Shown piece by piece: positions 52,809 through 64,000 of a DNA stretch of 64,000 nt; positions within the stretch are counted from its first letter, which is position 1, and each line of letters starts with the position of its first letter. A model generated the notes under the pieces. That model worked only from the letters and a program-made list of their open reading frames with translations. It was not told the DNA's origin and did no database searches. This stretch comes from Eledone cirrhosa (taxonomy: Eukaryota). The stretch spans positions 411,432,001 to 411,496,000 of the forward strand of contig OZ024741.1 in assembly GCA_964016885.1 (NCBI GenBank), given 5' to 3'. A program made the translations under genes and the position numbers.

Positions 52809-55800
52809 ATTAACCACAAGGGTTTACATAAAGTAGACATTAAGGACAGTACAGGACAATACAGGACGGTACAAATGGGCATTTCTGCGTGTAAAAAAAC
52901 AAAAACAGAAGATGTAACAAAAAATTAACAATAAAAATTCCCCAATAGGGGGAGACTTCCGAGGGACATTTGTGGAGAAAGCCCTTTAAAAGGCCACAGT
53001 GCCCTCTCCTAGTTTTCCACCTTTAATTTACAGACACATACTCAGAGTAGGCCCATTCACTCGGGCCATACTTGCTTCTCTCACGCATCTTTCAACAAAA
53101 TGCTGGGAAGAGAACACTTCCCTCTCTACCCTGATTTTCCTTTTCAAATTTGAAAAAGTTAATCAGGGCATCACCGAAGAGGTAAGTGCTCGTCTTCAGC
53201 CCTTTCAAACGTGTCCACCATACTATTCCTTTCGCCATGGCCACCAGACAGATAAAAACTGCCTGCCCTTCCCGGCTAAAGGAAGAGGGCGGGGCAATCC
53301 TCAAGATGGACTCAGCTGATAGCTGGATCCGTCATACACGTGACAGCAGGTGTTCGACATAAACCCACAAGTCAGCAATGCTCGGACACTGGACGAGTGC
53401 GGGCAGGACGGTTTCGTCGCCCTGCGCGCATCTCGGACATGCCCGGCTGACGGCACCTCCATGGCTGTAGAGTTTATCCCGAACTGGCAAAGCTCCTCGG
53501 TAGCACTGCCAGGCCAGGGATTTCTGGAAGTTGTCCATAGGCCCCGGTCCGAAAGTTCTTCCGAAGAGATTGGCTAGTTGATTTTCGTCGACGCCTAGAG
53601 TTTCTCCAAGTATGTTGTCGCTCTTCCCCTCCACTAATCCTCTATAGAACGCCAAGGTGGAGTTTCCACCGATCACATTGCCCGATTGGTCAAGGGCTGT
53701 GAGCGCCTGAAGACATTTCAGCCTCCAAGCGCTCCCTCTCGGTCTTCGCTTGACCCAGGACTGCAGCTCCGTCAAGGAGACGAGCTGGGGAAAGACGCAT
53801 CTAGCAAACGGCGACCACACCTGATCACCGTCGAGGAAGAGGTGGAGATGTCGTAGCCTGAGCGCGTGTTTGCGCATCATCAGTCACAGCATACCCAGCC
53901 CTCCACGTAGCGGGTGTTGACAGCAGATCGACCGCCTGACCATCGGAGCGCATCCCTTTCACAAAAAGCGAAAGAGCAAACGCTCCAGCGCAGTCAGGCG
54001 GGGCTTAGGACAAGGTACGACGGTCAGGCGGTAGTAGATGACGGACGTGATGTACGCGTTAGCCACCTCCGCTCGACCTTTCAGGGATAGCTTCCACTCC
54101 ACTGACTTTTCCTGGTTGATCATTGCTCCTGTCACCGCTTCGTATTCTCTTAGTGTAGTGCCGATCGCCTCGATGTGTTTGGCGTTCGACACCACTATGG
54201 TGACATCGTCCGCATATGCTGACATGGATCTTCCGCATCCTAGTTCGTGCGGGATCCCCCTCAACGTCTCCAATTTGTGCAGTAATGGCTCGAGAGTCAA
54301 TACGTACAAGAGGGATGAGAGGGGACATCCTTGGTGGACCGAGCACATCATGTTGAACGGTTCCGAAAGGTGACCGTTCACTCTCACCACAGAGAAGATG
54401 TCGCTGTGCATGGCAGCGATCCAGCCTCTGAAGACGGGCCCAAAGCCAGCCGCCCTCAGGACTGCCGCTAGGTAACGATGGTCAACCCTATCGAAAGCTT
54501 TCGACTGATCTAAATTGATCAAGTACCCACCCGTGCCAGGTTCCCTAGCTACCCTCTCTACGTTGTATCGCATGAGGTGGCGGTTGTCGTGGATGGATCT
54601 GTCTGGAATGGCGCATGTCTGCGCCTCTACCACCAGACCACCAACGACAAGCGCCAACCTCTTTGCTTGCACCTTGGCCAAAATCTTGAACTCTGTGTTT
54701 AGCAGAGTTATGGGCCTGAAATTATCTATGTTATCCCCCTTGTTCAGATCTTTTCTCAGCAGCGCCACAGCTCCTCGGCTCACAGAGCTAGGAATTCTCC
54801 CGTTCTGTTGCCAGTTGCAGTAGACGTCCGCCAAGAGGCCTCCGAACAAGTCTGGCATCTGTACGTAAAGTTCATAGGGCAGACCATCCAAACCAGGCGA
54901 TTTACCCCTTGTGCAGCCAGTCATTGCCTCCCGTACTTCAGCGGCTGTTATCGGCTTTTCGCAACACTCCGCCTCAATGGCCGAGAGCCGCGGCAGTCCG
55001 TCGAGGTAGACACTAAAGTCCATCCCTCAATCCGGCCCGCCGCTGCCCCCGAACAGCTGTGCGAAGTGTCGCTGAAAAGCTTCACACATTTGCCCGGGAT
55101 TGAGTAGCATGCGCCCGTCGTGGTCCACCAAAGACCGGATCGTGGCTTTGTTGCCACGACGCGCCTCCGCCACTCGGGCCCATTGAACGGCTTTCGTCCC
55201 CTCATGTCTGAGAGCACGCACCCTAGCTCTGACAACGCAGCCTTCGTGCTTTGCATTGAATAATTGGTCAAGGGCCAATTTCGCCGCAGGTACGTCGGTC
55301 GCGATGCCTTTCTAAGCGCCTCGTCTAATTTTCTAACTAGTTCTCCCTCTGCTCTATTTTTCTCTATTGCTAAAGCCTTACTAAACCTAATGGACTCTAT
55401 TCTAATTGCTCTTTTCAGAGCAAACCACCACTTGTTGTTGACGATGGCCCCCGTCAACGCCCGCTTAACTAGTTCGCTAATCCGGTCTCTGTAGGCCTTG
55501 CGTGCTGGTAAGGACGCGTATAGCTTCCAGTAGCCGGGTCCTCGTCTATGAAGCCTATCTAAGTCAAGCACACAGATCACGAATTTGTGGTCCGATAGCT
55601 GACTATCTTGAATTGTGGACAGCCTATGCTAGACCTATCTATTTTCCTACAAAATACTCTATCTAGATATGATCTGGATGACCCTACGCGATTTTTCCAA
55701 GTCCACATTGGCACATTCGGCAAATCCAATCGGTACCTGTCAGACAGTTCAAAACTTCTGAGCAGGTTGGTGAGGCTCTTGCACCCTCCTCCCCTATCCG

Positions 55801-58440
55801 CTAATCCCACACAGTCCCAGCGTGCATCTAAGATCCCGTTCCAGTCGCCCACCTACACTAAAGTGCGGGACGTTCCAAGAAAGGTCTCCAGACGCCGGAA
55901 GAAATCAGGCCGCCCTGCTCCTGTCGGGGCATAGACGGCCACTAGCCAGCACGTCCAGCACCACCAACTTACCTTCTGGGTCCAGGAAGATGGCCTGTAT
56001 GGCGAGATCCAAACCTCTCCAAAAAAGCACAGCAACTCCTCCCCCCGATCAGGACGGCTGGGAGATGCATACACATCGTAGCCGCCGAAGATCGGTGCGA
56101 AGGCCCATGCTTCGGAGATTCTGGTCTCGCTGATGGCCACTACATCTATGTTTAGTGACTTGATGTCATTGAGCAGGTGGCCCTGCTTCCATGACGACCC
56201 TAAGCCACGCGCATTTATACTGCCTATTCTGAGTGAGGTCATGTTGAAATGGAGTGGAAAAGATGGGAAAGACCACTTACCTTACTTCTCGTAGAGGAAG
56301 GATGGTTTCTCCATCCTTTTCATTGCTTGTGGCCTCCTCCGCAAGGATGTCCTTATAAATCCTCCTGGAGAGTGCTTGTCGGAAGTCTCCGATGTCTTTG
56401 GGGAATTTTTGTTTTAGTGTTGTGTACGTTTTCTGTGTGATGCGAGTGATTTGTATGTGTGGAGGTGGTGTGAACTTTTAGGTTGTTGTGTAGTCTTTTT
56501 CTGTGATGCTGGTGTTGTGTTGGATGTAGTGTAATAATTGGTTGTTGTTCAAATTTAATGCTGTGTAGTGTGTATCGTTTGGGTTGTTTTGTTTTGTTTG
56601 CGTTTGTTGTGGCTTTATTTCTGTTTCACTTTTTGGTGACTTTTGTGGTGTTGGTGATGATGGTGTTGGGGTTAATGATGGTGATGGTGTTGGTGTTTGT
56701 GGTGATGGGGTTGGTGATGCTGGTGTGGATGGTGACATAGCTGTCCTAACTTTTTTGTTTGATAGTTTATTTGTTTCCCTCTGTATTTTGTTTTTGGAGG
56801 GGGAAGGAAGAGAATTTTTTTCTTTTTTGGTTTCTTTTTCTTTTTTCCTGATACCGTTTCCCACTCCTCGTCGTCACAATCTGTCTCCAGTTGCGATAGG
56901 TCGGGGAGTGGAAAATCGTCCACAGGCGTTGGTTTTGGTTGTGGCGTGGTGGATGGTGTAGGCGCTGGTGCTAGTTCTGGCGCGTTGGGTGGTGGTGGTG
57001 TTGGTTTTGCTACTGTTGCTGGGGTTGTTGCTGTTACAGTTGCTTCTGTTGTTGCTGTTACAGTTGTTGCTGCCATTTCTGCTGCTGGTGGTGTTGATGG
57101 TTGAGTCACTGGGGTGGGTAAGAGAGGTGGCCTCAACCTTTTAGCATGAGGGCAGAAAGCCCTTAGGTGGGTTCCTTCACCACAAACGACACACCTAGGC
57201 CTTCTGCCCTCGACGATTATGGTGAGGTGGCTGCGGTCAGTGAGGTCTATTACCTCTGGGACCCCCTCAATGCTTTTTTGGTCCGCTTGGATCAGGAGCT
57301 CCATCCCAGATCCGGACCAGTTCTCCTGCTTTTCTTTCGCTATTTCGATTATCTTGGTATTGACTTCGATGCCGGCGGGGACGGCAGTCATTAGCCAGGG
57401 AATTTCGATGGCCGGTGGAACGTGGGTCACCCTGATCATTACGAGTCTCTGGCCACAATAGCTTGGGACGAGTGTGAAATCGTCACTTCTTAATGGGGCC
57501 ATGGAGTGTTCTCTGGCCTCCTGTGGTGTTTCAAAGAACACGTCCACGGTTCCATATTTCTGCCCACGTCTGATGTGGGTTTTTTTTGCCCACACATGCC
57601 CCAAAGCTTTTGGGATTTGGGACTCGGTTGCCTGTTCCACTCGGCGCGATTTTATGTTAATCGTCCGATAAGACACGGTGCATAGGCGCCGATGCTCCAT
57701 TTTATTAGGTGTGTGTGTGTGGGGGGGGGGGGCTGACCCTGTACCCATCTTTCTTTACCATTTTTTTGGCTTCTTCGAATTCCTCCTGAGTTACCTGGAA
57801 TGCTTCGCAATTTTTTGCTACTCTGGCAAATGACAGGGTGGTTTTCTTATTCTCATTGTTGCTGTTGTTGTTATCGTTATTTTGTTATTGTTAATTTTAG
57901 TTTCAGTTGTGGTGGTGGTGGCGTCAGTGGTGTTCGGTGTGGAAGAGTTCATTTTGGATGAATTCATTTCGATATCACGAGATAATTTATTTATTTATTT
58001 TGTTTCTGCTGTCGCTGTGGTGGTGGTGGGAGTGGCGGCTTCAACACCTGCAGTCATTGGTAATGGCGGGAAATGAATGTCTGCCTGAGACAAATTTAAA
58101 ATATTGCTACTGCTTATATTTTTAGTGTTGGCAAACGTAGTAATATTTACAATGGTGGTGTCGGTGTGAGGTGTTAGTTTGTGAGGAAGGCTCTCAGCTA
58201 TTTCGTTCAGCTGTGAGTCGGCCATGATTTTTCAAAGAAATTTTTTTTTATGATAATTATAAAAGTTTAAATTTTGGGCTCAAGGCCCCAATCTTTTTGA
58301 GTGTCCTTTTCTGAAAACCATGTATGTGCACTTATATACAGTTAACAATAAAAGTTTTCCATAAATGGCAATTTTAAACAACTGAAAACAACAAACCTTT
58401 GCGGAGCTCACGATGATACGATTTACTACGTAGGTCGCCA
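52809..58440 (-). mobile_element. Tx1/L1-clade retrotransposon, copy 2, full length but decayed
   Basis: 3' UTR and ORF2 closely match copy 1. ORF2 starts MTSLRIGSINARGL at 56242, with a stop at ~55027, frameshifts and an internal deletion at ~54095. ORF1 pieces span 58225 to ~56270 with CVVCGEGTHLRAFC. Confidence 0.92.
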
Positions 58441-58573
58441 ATAATAATAATAATAATAATTGTTTCTACTTTTGGCACAAGGCCAGCAATCAACCAGTAC
58501 ATTACTGGTACTTTATTTTATCCACCCCGTAAGGATGAAAGGCAAAGTTAACCTTGGCGGGATTTGAACTCAG
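58441..58573 (-). mobile_element. 5'-truncated tRNA-derived SINE with (TAA)n tail
   Basis: Nearly identical to 39487-39607. Truncated just past the B box. Confidence 0.85.
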
Positions 58574-59557
58574 AATAATAATGATTTCTTTATTGGCCAC
58601 AAGGGCTGACATCAAGAAAAACATTACAAACGGCACAGGACGAAACAGGAGGGTACGATGTGGGTTCTGTGCGTGTAAATATTTTTATTATTTATATAAG
58701 AAAAGAAAAAAAAAGGACATAGAAACATATATAAATATAAACAATAAAAATGAAAATTGAAACAATGAAAAATTCCCCAATAGGGGGAAACCTCCGAGGG
58801 TTACTCGTGGCGAAAACCACACAAAAGACCACGGCCACCCTGACCACCAGGGAAAGCGGCCTCTCTCAATTTTTCCATTTCTCAAACTACAGACGTATAT
58901 TCAGAGCGGTCCCGTTCATTCGGACCATTCTCGCTACATTCACCTACCTTTCAACAAACTTGCTGAAGGCAGCACTTGCCTCTCCACCCTGATTTTCCTC
59001 TTCAAGTGAAACTTGAAAAAGTTAATTAGGGATTCGCCGAAGAGGAAATTGTCTGTCTTTAACCCTTTTAACCTTGTCCACCACACAATATCTTTCGCCA
59101 TGGACACCAGTCAGATGAAAATCGCCTGCCCTTCCTCCTCGAAGGAAGACGGCGAGACCATCTGCACAATGGACTCAGTCGACAACCGGATCAGTCCTTC
59201 ACACGACAGCAACTGTTCGACATAGCTCCACAAGTCAGCAATGCTCGGGCACTGAACGAGTGCGTGCACGACGGTTTCGTAGCTCTGCGCGCATCTCGGA
59301 CAGGCTCGGCTGACGGCACTTCCGTGCCTATAGAGCTTATCTCAAACTGGCAGCGCTCCCTGGTAGCACTGCCAGGCCAGGGATTTTTGGAAGTTATCCA
59401 TAGGCCCTGGGCTGAAAGTTCTCCGGAAGAGAGCAAACAGCTGATCTTCTTTGACGCCCAGGATCTTTCCGAGAATGTCGTCGCTCTTCCCCTCCACTAG
59501 TCCTCTATAGAACGCCGAGGTGGATGTTCCACTGATACTGGTGCCCAGCTGGCAGAG

Positions 59558-59559
<2 letters not shown>
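58574..59559 (-). mobile_element. Tx1 copy 3, 5'-truncated, diverged subfamily
   Basis: Encodes the ORF2 C-terminus (GPMDNFQKSLAWQCY, ETVVHALVQCPSIADL). The 3' UTR is related to but distinct from that of copies 1, 2 and 4. Confidence 0.85.
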
Positions 59560-59604
<45 letters not shown>

Positions 59605-59856
59605 GGAGAGGGGGAAAATTAACCGATACCAGGACTTAAAGTGGGAGGTAAAAAGGATTTGGAACTGCCATGAAGTCAAGGTCGTCCTGATTGTCATAGG
59701 CGCACTAGGTACTATCTCAAAGAGTTTTCAAGGATGGTTTTAAGAAGATTAGTCCAGCCCCGCTTTTTGGAACACTTCCTGAATCTCTGAGGCTGCAGGT
59801 AGCGGCTTGATATTCATTTCAACAAACTTTCCAGTTAAATAACATGAGACTCAAAG
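59605..59856 (+). mobile_element. Short 3' fragment of an R4/Dong-type (RLE) non-LTR element between (TAA)n tracts
   Basis: Reads ..KINRYQDLKWEVKRIWNCHEVKVVLIVIGALGTISK, homologous to KLSKYKDLEIEIGKMWKLRTKTIPVVVGALG at ~63050-63145. Confidence 0.8.
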
Positions 59857-59868
59857 AACAACAACAAC

Positions 59869-59916
<48 letters not shown>

Positions 59917-59917
<1 letters not shown>

Positions 59918-60500
59918 TTTCCTTTATTAACCACAAAGGTTTACATAAATTAGACATTAAGGACAGTACAGGACAATACAGGACGGTACAAATGGGCATT
60001 TCTGCGTGTAAAAAAAACAGAGGATGTAATAAAATAACAAAGAAAGATTCCCCAATAGGGGGGAGACTTCCGAGGGACATTTGTGGAGAAAGCCCATTAA
60101 AAGACCACAGTGACCCTGACCACCAGGGCAAGTGCCCTCTCCCAGTTTTCCACCTTTAATTTACAGACACATACTCAGAGTAGGCCCATTCACTTGGGCC
60201 ATACTTGCCTCTCTCACCCATCTTTCAACAAAATGCTGGGAAGAGAGCACTTCCCTCTCTACCCTGATTTTCCTTTTCAAATGAAATTTGAAAAAGTTAA
60301 TCAGGGCATCACCGAAGAGGTAAGTGCTCGTCTTCAGCCCTTTCAAACGTGTCCACCATACTATCTCTTTCACCATGGCCACCAGACAGATAAAAACTGC
60401 CTGCCCTTCCCGGCTAAAGGAAGAGGGTGGGGCAATCCTCACGATGGACTCAGCTGATAGCTGGAACCGTCCTACACGTGACAGCAGGTGTTCGACATAA
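59917..60500 (-). mobile_element. Tx1 copy 4, 5'-truncated (~580 bp), flanked by (TAA)n on both sides
   Basis: Nearly identical to 47022-47605. Confidence 0.93.
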
Positions 60501-60540
60501 TAATAATAATGATAATAATAATAATAATAATAATAATAAT

Positions 60541-63409
60541 CAATCGCCAAATAAACCTTCTCCGATCTGACATAGAAATTTAAAAAAACTATAAAGTAGG
60601 TGAACATGTTAAACAAACTAAACTTAGAAAATTGAAAAGAAAGTACAGTATAAGATCAACAAGTGACAGGCATGCTGATAGAAATAATCAAGCAAAAAGT
60701 GTCGGCCAAAGCTGCTCGTATAAGGCACTTTGAAAAACGATCTAGATTCTATAAGAACAATAATATGTTCAAAACCAACCAAAGAAACTTCTACAGAAAA
60801 ATTGGTAAGTCAACAATAACTGCTAAATCAATACCACCCAAGGAGGAAATGCAAGAATTCTGGGAAAAGATCTGGGCCGAAGAAAAAGTTCATAATATAC
60901 ATGCCCCATGGATAGACAGACAAATGAAAGATACAGCTCACCTTGAGGAACAAATATGGGAAAATATAACAGTTGAACAGTTGCGCTTGGCTCTAAGAAA
61001 AACCAGCAAATGGAAATCCCCAGGAAAAGACAAAATACAAAATATTTGGATAAATGCCTTCACAGAGTCTCATGAACTGTAAGCCCAACTTTACAATGAA
61101 ATAGTTAAGGAGCCAGAAAAGATACCATCATGGCTAGTTAACGGCATTACATTCCTGCTTCCGAAGAATGATGAGACAAACAATCCCAAAAATTACAGAC
61201 CGATAACTTGCTTGACTACAATGTATAAAATTTTAACATCAGTCCTAACTGAATATACATATGACCACCTAATAACAAATGACCTATTTCCCATTGAGCA
61301 GAAAGGGTGTAAACGAGGCTCATATGGCTGTAAGGATCAGCTTTTGGTTAACAAAATGATACTGGAAGATTGTCATAATAGACACAAAAATCTATCAATT
61401 GCTTGGATAGATTATAAAAAAGCATTCGATAGTTTGCCACACAGTTGGATTGAAAAATGTTTAGAGATTTTCAAAATATCCCCCGTTGTCAGGAGGTTTT
61501 TGTCATTCAGTATGAAGACATGGAAAACGACACTCCTTTTGAATAGTGAAACAAAATCACTGGAAGCTGGAGAAGTTAATATTAATTGTTGAATTTTTCA
61601 GGGTGACTCTTTATCACCGCTTTTATTCTGCATCGCACTTATACTATTAAGTAAAATGCTTAATGAAACAAAACATGGATATAAAGTCTATGACAAAACC
61701 ATTAATCACTTGTTTTACATGGATGACCTGAAACTATTTGCAAAAAATGATGAACAATTGCAAGGGCTATTATCCACTGTGGAGCAGTTCAGTGATGACA
61801 TTAAAATGGAGTTTGGACTAGATAAATGCGCCAAAGCAACGTTCACCAGAGGAAAGCTGCTGAAAAGTTCAGACATTAATCTTGATCGAGGGAATGTGAT
61901 AAGAGAACTTGATCAAGAAAAAACTTACAAATATCTAGGTGTTTGTGAAGGAGACGGAATCAAGCACTCGACAATGAGGGAAAGGATAAGGAAGGAATGT
62001 TACCGCAGAGTAAGAGCAATCTTAAGAACGGAATTGAATGCAAGGAATAGGATCGATGCCATAAACACGCTTGCCATACCAGTAGTAACCTACAGTTACA
62101 ATGTCATCAACTGGTCAAGCACAGAGATCCGTAGGCTCGATACAAAAATTAGAAAATTCTTAACCATACACAGAATTCATCACCCTAAGGCAGATACAGA
62201 TAGAATATATCTCCCTAGGAAAGAAGGAGGACGTGGGTTAATCCAGTTAGACATTGCGTTGAAAACTGCAACAATTGGATTATCTACATATCTAAGGGAA
62301 TCACATGATTGGATGATCAAACTCGTTTTGAAACACGAAAGCATCAAAAGATCATATTCCATTACAAAAGATGCACAAAGATACAGTAATGGACTTCACA
62401 TTTCAGAAGTCCCATTTACTGCTGAAATGGAAAACACAGAAAAAGCAAAGCAGGTAAAAGTAACTGCAAAGAAAGGACTGCTACAGAAACTGGCTAAGAA
62501 ATGGCAAGAAAAGCCTCTGTATGGAAAATACCCAGAACGAGCTAACAATCCTGATGTTGACAAAACTTTAACCCATCAGTGGTTGGCATCCTCTGGACTG
62601 AAATCGGAGACTGAAGGACTGATTATATCAGCACAAGATCAGTGTCTGCCAACAAAAAATTACCAACCCAACATAATAAAAAATGGATGCAGCCCATTAT
62701 GCCGTGTATGTAAAAAACAACCAGAGACCATTGACCATATAATTTCAATGTGCAGTCCTATAGCTCCAACCGAATACCTAAACAGGCATGACAGAGCTGC
62801 ACAATACATACATTGGATAATGTGTAAGCATTTTGACCTGCCCCATCAAAAGAATTGGTGGGAGCATCAACCACCTCCCATACTTGAAAAAGATCACATC
62901 TCAATCTTGTGGAACTTTAGCATCCAAACAGACCGAAAAATAGATGCAAATAGACCTGATATAATATTGAAGGACTTTAAAAAGAGGGTATGCCTGCTAA
63001 TTGATATGTCCATTCCAATAGACAAGAATGTATCTATAAAAACATTTGAAAAATTGAGCAAGTATAAGGACCTGGAGATAGAAATTGGAAAAATGTGGAA
63101 ATTGAGAACTAAAACAATACCAGTGGTTGTAGGCGCTCTAGGAATGATACCTAAGGGGTCTAATGATTACTTATCGCAAATCCCAGGAAACCCGCGTATA
63201 GGAGAAATACAAAAGATAGTACTAATGGGAACTGCCCATATACTAAGGAAGATTCTGTCAATATAAGTACATCACAAGTCTAAACACTAAAGATGCATGT
63301 GTGAGTATGTATGTTCTTTCTTGAACATGGCGGACCTTGTTGTCTCTTGAGGTCACTGGTTGTGACTTGGTGATAACTCGTATGAACATAAAGCAAGAAA
63401 AATGCAGCT

Positions 63410-63410
<1 letters not shown>
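60541..63410 (+). mobile_element. R4/Dong-clade non-LTR retrotransposon, 5'-truncated, flanked by (TAA)n (60498-60540 and 63411-63452)
   Basis: Single ORF with RT followed by a CCHC finger and a restriction-like endonuclease. Confidence 0.9.
60663..63266 (+). pseudogene. R4/Dong ORF (RT + RLE) with in-frame stops at 61080-61082 and 61590-61592
   Basis: RT motifs WKSPGKD, NYRPITCL, EQKG, WIDYKKAFDS, IFQGDSLSP, HLFYMDDLKLF, YKYLG. Then CRVC..H...C, RHD, RPDI, IDMSIP, KLSKYKDL. Confidence 0.9.
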
Positions 63411-63453
<43 letters not shown>

Positions 63454-63819
63454 CATAACGCACATGGTGGATATATATCGTTATGGAATCGCTCCCGTAA
63501 GTCTTTGATTTTTACTTCTTTAAAACAACTGTGATAGAATAATTCTTATTACAAATGAACAATAAGATGACAGTTTTCACGTTCAGCAAGCTATAACGCA
63601 TCACTTTACGGCATAGGACCCCAATATTTAATATTTAATTTTGGATCAGAAATGTTATAGTCGAAAAAGAGGAAAATGGCAAAATGGCTAAATAGCTAAA
63701 TAGCTAAATGGCTAAGTGGACAGACAGAAAAATAATTTCACCACCAACACCACTACCACGCTAAAAACTCTAGTCAAGTTACCTCAACTTCTATTTCTAC
63801 TTCAACTTCAACACCATCA

Positions 63820-63995
63820 CTACAGTACTACGATCACATCACCACCACCACTGCCTCATTATCGCTACCGCCGCTATTCTCTCCCACTACCTCCTGCTAA
63901 GTATTACTAGCAGAGCACCACCACCACCACCACCACCACCACCACTGCCTCATTATCACTACCGCTGCTATTCTCTCCCACTACCTCCTGCTAAG
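63820..63995. repeat. (ACC)n-rich low-complexity region with a ~60-bp tandem duplication
   Basis: CCACCACCACTGCCTCATTATC-CTACCGC-GCTATTCTCTCCCACTACCTCCTGCTAAG occurs twice. It may be the start of another array at the window edge. Confidence 0.75.
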
Positions 63996-64000
63996 ACATG

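Noticed and set aside
52809-53000. LTR-like direct repeats (47030, 52809, 59925)
   Set aside because: These are the 3' UTRs of separate non-LTR copies. There is no integrase, protease, PBS or TG..CA termini.
47215-60457. Numerous + strand ORFs over the Tx1 elements (for example 48281-48790, 52038-52742)
   Set aside because: Antisense shadows of the GC-rich ORF2 or of low-complexity ORF1, with no independent motifs.
60161-60616. 151-aa ORF with a poly-Tyr tract
   Set aside because: Chance read-through from the R4 antisense strand across (TTA)n into truncated Tx1 ORF2.
61656-63266. Intact stand-alone 536-aa gene or domesticated RT
   Set aside because: It is the distal part of an R4/Dong ORF broken by two upstream nonsense codons, one immediately before the IFQGDSLSP motif, and is 5'-truncated.

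Overview
Eukaryotic, repeat-rich window. The SINE, MITE and RTE remnants look cephalopod (octopus-like), which is an inference. No CRISPR, rRNA or bacterial operons are present. The whole window lies inside one + strand host gene. Five GT-AG exons in compatible phase (1-207, 33873-33953, 39159-39319, 42184-42283, 46642-46794) splice into a protein with Munc13/CAPS MUN-domain-like motifs (HYTCLSQKLF ... ILEEFGLRYGV). Its introns hold tandem arrays: a ~30 kb 48-bp satellite with higher-order structure, and 8-, 20-, 37- and 49-bp minisatellites. Three of these trace to pieces of local transposons. One 37-bp array plus its flank is present as a long inverted repeat around exon 3. The last 17 kb is a stack of non-LTR retroelements separated by (TAA)n: four Tx1/L1-clade copies (-), two R4/Dong-type copies (+) and a tRNA-derived SINE. 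The SINE and the Tx1 elements share a 3'-terminal stem-loop with covarying stems and a (TTA)n tail, which suggests an undescribed (TAA)n-targeting LINE/SINE pair. The long ORFs in the ORF track over 400-30200 are satellite artefacts.
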